A DNA stretch of 64,000 nt from the human T2T-CHM13v2.0 reference genome, Homo sapiens. Under the pieces are notes generated by a model. It was not told the DNA's origin and did no database searches. It worked only from the letters and a program-made list of their open reading frames with translations. Of this stretch, positions 52,261 to 64,000 are shown in pieces (position 1 is the first letter of the stretch; each line of letters opens with the position of its first letter). Location: assembly GCF_009914755.1 (NCBI RefSeq), contig NC_060927.1; one strand, 5' to 3'. The position numbers and the translations under genes are program-made.

Positions 52261-53656
52261 GATAAATCATCGTAGGAAAAATGGGAAAATATCGAGATAA
52301 AATGAAGTCTTATAAGACCACACTAAGATAACCATCATTAACACTTTGGTATATTTCCATCTCATCTACATATATTTAAACAAAATTGAATTGTACTCTA
52401 CATGGTTTTTTATGTTCCTTCTGCTTGTTCCATATTATAATTATTGGCAAGTCTCCATTAAATAGTCCTCAAAGATATTCTTTTAAATGGTTATATACTA
52501 TCTCTGTACATTTTCTTATTTTTAAATTTCAAGGCCATGCGCAGTGGCTCCTGCCTGGAATCCCAGCACTTTGGGAGGCGGAGGTGGGAGCATCGCTTGA
52601 GGCCGGCAGTTTGAGACCAGCCTGGGCAACATAGGGAGACCCCATCTCTATGATTTTAAAATAAATAAATAAAAATTAAATTCCAAGTTTTTTTATTTTA
52701 TAAGGTCTATTTTACAATATTTTATTCAATCAACATGCCATCCATTGTAAGACATCATTATTTTATGTGTCACTAAAAAGAAAATTTTCCTGAGGTGGGT
52801 GTGTCGGGCCCTACTGGGCCTAGCGGCAGGAGGGGGACATCGGCTCCCACCACAGCCCTCCAAACAGCTCTGCGCTCTGAGCGCCCCCTCCCCAGGGTCC
52901 CCCTCTCCAGGCAGGAAGATGTCCAAGTCCCGTGCGGCGGAGGCAGCAGCGGGGGTGACAGCGACGGCCCCGAGCCCGCAGATAGTGGAGCAGAGGGGTC
53001 CAGGGAGGCGCTGCACCGACGTTGGGGAGAATGTATGTCCTGGCAATCAAAGATCTTTTCCTCCGTGAGCCTAACAAATGCTCTGGAATGTGTTCCAGCC
53101 TTCAGGAGGAGAACTCCGTTACACGTCACGAAGTCAAATGCCAGGGGAAACCATTAGCTGGAATCCACAGGAAAAGAATGCAACACGGAGCACGAAGCCC
53201 AAGCACAGAAGATCAAAGACGCCAGGAGAGGACCCCTCGCACCTTTTCCAAACCAAAAATGTGAAGCAGCAGAACTTCCAAAACCTCCGGCCTCGTCTTG
53301 TGATTCCACCAATGCAGCCATCGCCAAGCAAGCCTTGAAATAGCCCATCAAGGGCAAACAGGCCCCCGAAAAAAAGCTCAAGGAAAAGTCGCAAACTCAC
53401 GGATTTCTACCCTGTCCCAAGGAGCTCCAGGAAGGGCAAAGCGGAGCTGCAATTTGAAGAAAGGGAAAGAATAGATGAATTGGTTGAAAGCGGAAAGGAA
53501 AGAAGGAGTGAAGACTGACCTCATCAATGACAAAGGCCGGGTGTGAACACCAGAGGGAGCTCTCCCGGGGCGCCTTTGTGGTAGAAAAGCACCGGAGCCT
53601 CACGGAGATCACCGACGCCACGGGACCCCTCCATGGTGGATCTCCGTGGATCTCCA

Positions 53657-53768
53657 CAGTAAGCCGAGATCGCGCCACCGCACTCCATCCTGGGAGGCAG
53701 AGGGAGACTCCAGCTCAAAATAAGTAGATGACTGAATGAATGAATGAACGAATGAATGAATGAATGGA
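53657..53768 (+). mobile_element. Alu 3' remnant with (TGAA)n tail at the deletion junction
   Basis: CAGTAAGCCGAGATCGCGCCACCGCACTCCA...CTCAAAA followed by TGAA repeats. Confidence 0.85.
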
Positions 53769-53910
53769 TGTTACAGGTTTCCAAGGTGGACTTAAACAGA
53801 TGGCTTTATATTACCAAAACTTTTACATTCTAGTTGTTTTTGTGCCTTTTTTTTTTTTTTTAATACAGGTTGAACGTTTTGTGCTTCCCATGCATGCAGT
53901 CAAAAACTCA

Positions 53911-54271
<361 letters not shown>

Positions 54272-55108
54272 CTAGGAAGCCGCGCGAGTCTCCTCTCTCC
54301 GGTGGAAGAGCTGGGACGTGTCCCCCACACCGCGACGAGGTATGAGGAAGACGCTGTCTCCCAAAGGCCTGGACGGGATGGCTCCAAGCTCTTGTTCTCC
54401 TAACATCTGGACAGGCGCTCTTTGAAGTGTATGAATATATTTTTAAAAGATTGGGCAGTAAGCTTGTCTTCCCCGTGCTTTCTCGAAAGCTTACTGAGCT
54501 CGTGGCCCTGAGCGCGGGCCGGCATAGATTTCCTCTTCCACCCGCTGCGGCTTTTCTGAGCACCTGGAAGCATCGGGGTGTGAAGTCAAACCAGACGTGG
54601 GTGAGGAGAGTGTGGCTTGCCTTCCCTGCCGGGCAGAATTTCCTGAAACTGGGCTAATTCTTTGTAGAAATGTGAACGCTGAATTTATTAAAAAATAATA
54701 ATAAAACACAGGAAACAACTTACATGTACATAGGTCTTGAAGTGAGTGAAGCGGCTGTATTTTTTGTGGGGGGGCATTGCTTTTGTTTTTGTAGAAGAGA
54801 TTGAGATGATACTCTATTCTAATCAAAATTAGAGATTTGTAGTGGGACCAGAAATTACGTACTTAATACCCCTGCCAGTTTTCCCCGCGTCCTGCTGGGT
54901 TGAAAGTTCCAGAGCTGCCGTCTAGGCCTCGTGTTTGTCAGACACCCACGGCTCCTGCGAGGTCGCAGCCATGAGCTGGCGGGGGTGAGTACACAAGCCC
55001 AGATCCCCCAACCCGAACTGCGGCTGCCAGCCTCAGAAAAAGGCGCCCAGGTGTGCGGGCAGGGCCGAGACCCCCGGGAATCCAAGATAGGCCAAGGTTT
55101 TCACCTAG

Positions 55109-55490
<382 letters not shown>

Positions 55491-56602
55491 TATGCAGGAC
55501 CCATTCTTACTGAGTGAGACTCGGGAGTCATGACCTGGTGTCTCCTGCCCACCCTGGTCCCAGGTAAATCTGAATGGAAGCAGGTATGAGAGCCTGTCCT
55601 CGCCTTTGATTCCCCCACCCCACCCTGGGCCTCACAACGATGCTACCTAAGAAAGTCTCTTCCCCCAGTCAGCCTGGTGAGTGGTCAGCCGAAGAGGATC
55701 TGACGGGAGTGTAGATGTGAGATAGTATCTTTGTTGTACCTGTTTGTGGTTTAGCTTTGTATTTAAACAAATGAGGAAATAAACTTGAAAATTATTTGTC
55801 ATCATAAAGTTGAAACAAAAATTATTTTAAAAAATAAAGTTTTATTTTAAAATAAAATAGCTAATGAGTATCGTACATTACAATTACATTTCCTTTCTAA
55901 ACTTTTTTGTTTTCCTTTGAGTTATCTGTCTGCTTTTTTTTCTATATACTTATCGCTAATTCAACCACAGACTCTTCTCTTTTGTGTAAATCTTTTGGTA
56001 TGTTCAAAGATATTTGGAATTTCCACCTTCCTGGAGAAATTTCTCCCATAGCCATGTGCCCTACTCTAATTTAGATTGTGCACTCTGGATCTGATGCCTA
56101 GATAATCTTCACCAACCTCGGAATCCTCGAATTGTACTCTACATGGTTTTTCTTCTCTTCTAATGCATCCCATTTCCTGGACCGCATGTATTGCTCTCCT
56201 AGTTTATTATTCCTCATTCTGATGACGTATGCCTTTCTTTCATTGGCTTCCTAAGAACTTCATGTGAGTAAAACATTTTTGAGTATGTGGCTTCATTTTA
56301 TACCTACACTTAATTGACCATTTAGTTTGGTGTAGAATTCTATGTTGGAAAGTTTCTTTCATGAAATATTAAAAAGCTTTTTAAAGTAAACTAAATACTT
56401 AAATTATTTGTGTAATTGAGAATTGTACCAATTTGTAGATAACTTGTTTTTTTCCTTACTCAATGTGTTTAATTTTTTGAATACTTAATACAGTCACATG
56501 TTTAGCAGAATGTTCATAGTAGGAAAAAAAATGTACTGAAGTCTTCATCTCATTCATGACCCCATCTGCCAAGTTCCTACCCCTGTAACCACTGTCTTTA
56601 AC

Positions 56603-59137
<2,535 letters not shown>

Positions 59138-60469
59138 TGAGTTCTTCCCCTCCAGTTTGCTCTCTTTCTGTGACTCCTGTTATTCAGAGTTTGCACCTGT
59201 TGGATTGGTCCTCCATGTTTCTTAACTATTTCTCTTTTTATTTCACTTTTTCTAGGAAATTTCCCAAACATTATTTTCCAACTCTCTGTTTACCTTACTA
59301 CTTCTGCCATCATATTTTATTTTCCAAGAGGTCTTTTTTGTTTTCTGTTGTTATTATAAATAGCCTCCTCTTCTTGTATGGATGCAATATTTTCTCCCTG
59401 AAAACAATGAGTTTTTAAATAGCTTTCTTCTATCTAGCATTGTGTCTATTTCCTCCAAGTTGTCTTTTTTCTGCTTGTGGATTTGTTTAACTTTCAATAC
59501 TAGAGATTTTCTTTGAATGTCTGAGGATCTTTGGATGTCCAGTCATATTTATAAGTAGGGCAGTATCTAGGCTGTTTCTTCAGGGAAGATTCAATGTAGT
59601 ATCTTTAGATATTTCTTCCTGGGCTGATGCCTAGAGAGAACTGTTTGAGTCTTTATATCTTGTAATAATAGTATTCCTGAAATCCAACTGTAAAAAGGCT
59701 GGAGAGGTCTCAACTTCCGCTATATGTATTTTTATGCAGTCTCCCTGTTATCAGTATGATGCTCCTCTAATCCTCAACTCTGCCTACCGTCCAAAGATTG
59801 TTTTATCTTCCCCAGAGGGGAAAACCTCATTCTTACTCCGCAGTTGGAGAGGGAGTCATTTGCTGCACTGAGTCAGGGAAGAGATCTGGGGACCTAACTG
59901 CTTATTTCATTTGCAACGAATCTATCTGTTTTTATCCCCATCTTTGCATCCCTTTCTGAAGACACTTGGGTCAGCCACTCTTGAGATTTTTGAGGGTCCT
60001 GAGGTATAAATTGGGTTGCGACTCTGCTTTCTCCACTGCTAGCTTCAGTCTGTATTCACTGTATGTGATTCACCTGAGGATTTATTAAAACTGCAGATTG
60101 GTTTCATAGATCTGAGCTGGAGCCTGAGGGTCTATGTGAATAGCAGTCTCCTAGGTGATGCTTGGACCACACTTTGTGTAGATGGGGCTCACTCATTTAC
60201 CGTCCATCTGTTCATTTTCCAGCCTCTGAAATTTTGTCCTTGGAGATTTGTACATTTTTTTTAAAGTTATGAAAATTTTCAAACATACATACAAATAGTT
60301 ACAACAGCCATTAACCAGTGGTCGATCCTGCCCCATCTATACTTTCATCCACTCGACCCCCAGCACACACACTGCATTATGTTGGCGCAAATTCCAGACA
60401 ACCTATTTCATCTGTAAATATTTTAGTATGTATTATTTTAAATAGTGAGATTTAAATATAACCACACAT

Positions 60470-60785
60470 ATTAATTTGTTAGGGCTGCCATAACAAACCA
60501 CCACAGGCTGGGTGGCTGAAACAACAGCTCTGGGGGCTGAAAGGGTGAGATCGAGGTGTCCCAGGGGCGGTTTCTCCTGGGGCCTTTTGCAGCCTGTAGA
60601 TGGCTGTCTTCTCGCTGTGCCCTCCCACAGCCTTTTCTCTGTGTACCAGCATCCCTAGTATCATGTGTGTGTGTCCAAATTACCTCTTTAAAGGTCCTAT
60701 CTCCAAATATAGTCACATTTGGAGGTGCTGGGAGTTAAAGGCTTCAACATATGAATTTGGGGGGATATAATTCAGCCCATCATAC
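60470..60785 (-). mobile_element. MLT1A-type MaLR LTR
   Basis: AGGGCTGCCATAACAAACCACCACAGGCTGGGTGGCTGAAAC...TTCAACATATGAATTTGGGGG. Confidence 0.8.
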
Positions 60786-61813
60786 CATAATTTCCCATTG
60801 TCTTATATATGTAATTCTTTGTTGCCATGAATTCAGATAAATTCTACACATTGCACTTAGTTGATATATCCTAAGTCTTAATTTTTGTATTGTTGTTGAA
60901 ACAATTTATTGAAGTAACAAATTGTAATCCTATAGAGCATACCACCATGTGGATTTTCTTTACTGCATCCTGTGGGGTCATTACATAAGTTATTGTCCTC
61001 TTTCTTGAACATCAGTAGTTGAATCTACAGGTTTGGTCGGGTTCTAATTTTTTGGCAAGCCCACTTTGTAGATAGCAAGGTACTCTTCAATTTCCACCTT
61101 TCAGTATTAGTATTGATGATCTTTGGCTACCTCCATTTAGTACATCAGAGGTGGCAAATTGGGCAGTTTCCAAATTTTATCATTCCTTATTCACTCATAT
61201 TAGCTAGAGTACTTCCAAAAAAAGTAAACATCACCTCACTTACTATTCTGTCACCAGGTGGTACAGTTAGCACAGGAACGGCAGGAGAAAGGCTTCTTGG
61301 CCAGTACTTAAGTTTAACAACTAGAGACTAGGTTCTCTAGTGTTCCTCAGCATCACAATGAGGTTTTCTTATTCATTTTAGAATCTGGTAAAACTTGATT
61401 TACTGTTATGTTAGTGGAGTTATGAGAAGGAGCATTTGTTTAAAGAAGGCACTGTTCATTGGAAGTTATAATTTATGTAGCCAATTTCCTGCTATTGGAG
61501 ATTTACATTAATTCCAGGTTTTTACTTTTATATTTAATGCTGTGAGATGAATATTCTTTAAAAATAAGTTAAAACACTCATTTTTAGTGTATAATTTGAA
61601 TTTTGAAAAATGTATATACTTGGACCCCAATCCAGATGTAGAACATTTTCATCTCTACAGAACATTGCCTGGTTCACCTTTGCCCCAGCCTGGCTTCAGA
61701 TTTCTACCGATAGTCTCTCTGGCCATAGGGATTCGTTTTTCTGTTGTGAATCCCATATAATTGGAACCACACACTCTATACCCTTTATTGCTAGGCTCTT
61801 TTTGTTCGGCATG

Positions 61814-62544
<731 letters not shown>

Positions 62545-62705
62545 ACATGTTTTTGAGGCTTTTTTTTTGAGGCTTTTCCCTGTGTGGAGCATATATTAAT
62601 TTTTGTTGCTGAGAAGTATTCCATTGCCTAGATTTACTACAATTTGTTTATCCATTTTCCTGTGGATGGATATTTGGGATATTTCCACTCTGGGGCCATT
62701 GGTGA

Positions 62706-63877
<1,172 letters not shown>

Positions 63878-64000
63878 TATTGCCTATTATAATTTGTTGT
63901 GACAGCCCTAGGAAGCTAATATATCTACCCAGGATTGCAAACGATTTCTTCTGTTTTCTTCTAGAAATTTTAGTTTTATTTCTACATTTAGTCATATGAT

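Noticed and set aside
52795-53727. Functional KMT5A-like methyltransferase gene
   Set aside because: Homology is split over several frames with stops, and the catalytic half of the SET domain is missing.

Overview
Primate (almost certainly human) genomic DNA, very Alu-dense (about 55-60 Alu copies or fragments), with no intact protein-coding exon. Every ORF in the track is explained by Alu, L1, LTR, CpG-island or pseudogene sequence. Layout: (i) 1-28,300 is a repeat-rich upstream region containing a tailless 5S rRNA fragment, two Tigger3 elements, a MER41 LTR with two intact STAT GAS motifs, and a nest of four ERV LTRs plus an Alu that includes a solo LTR7B-type (HERV-H) LTR. (ii) ~28,360-29,750 is a CpG-island promoter of a + strand gene that I could not identify, with two candidate 5' exons. 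(iii) ~29,711-64,000 is a long first intron carrying a U4 snRNA retropseudogene, an L1PA with an apparent 3' transduction, and a ~3 kb sense-oriented KMT5A (SETD8/PR-Set7) retrocopy. The retrocopy is the most interesting element. It is heavily decayed but conspicuously CpG-rich, it keeps an intron-like 5' segment with a splice acceptor and the parental poly(A) signals, and it lost the catalytic half of the SET domain through a deletion with a templated inverted scar. Repeat subfamily names and parent-gene comparisons come from my recall of consensus sequences, not from a search. Most repeat boundaries are approximate.
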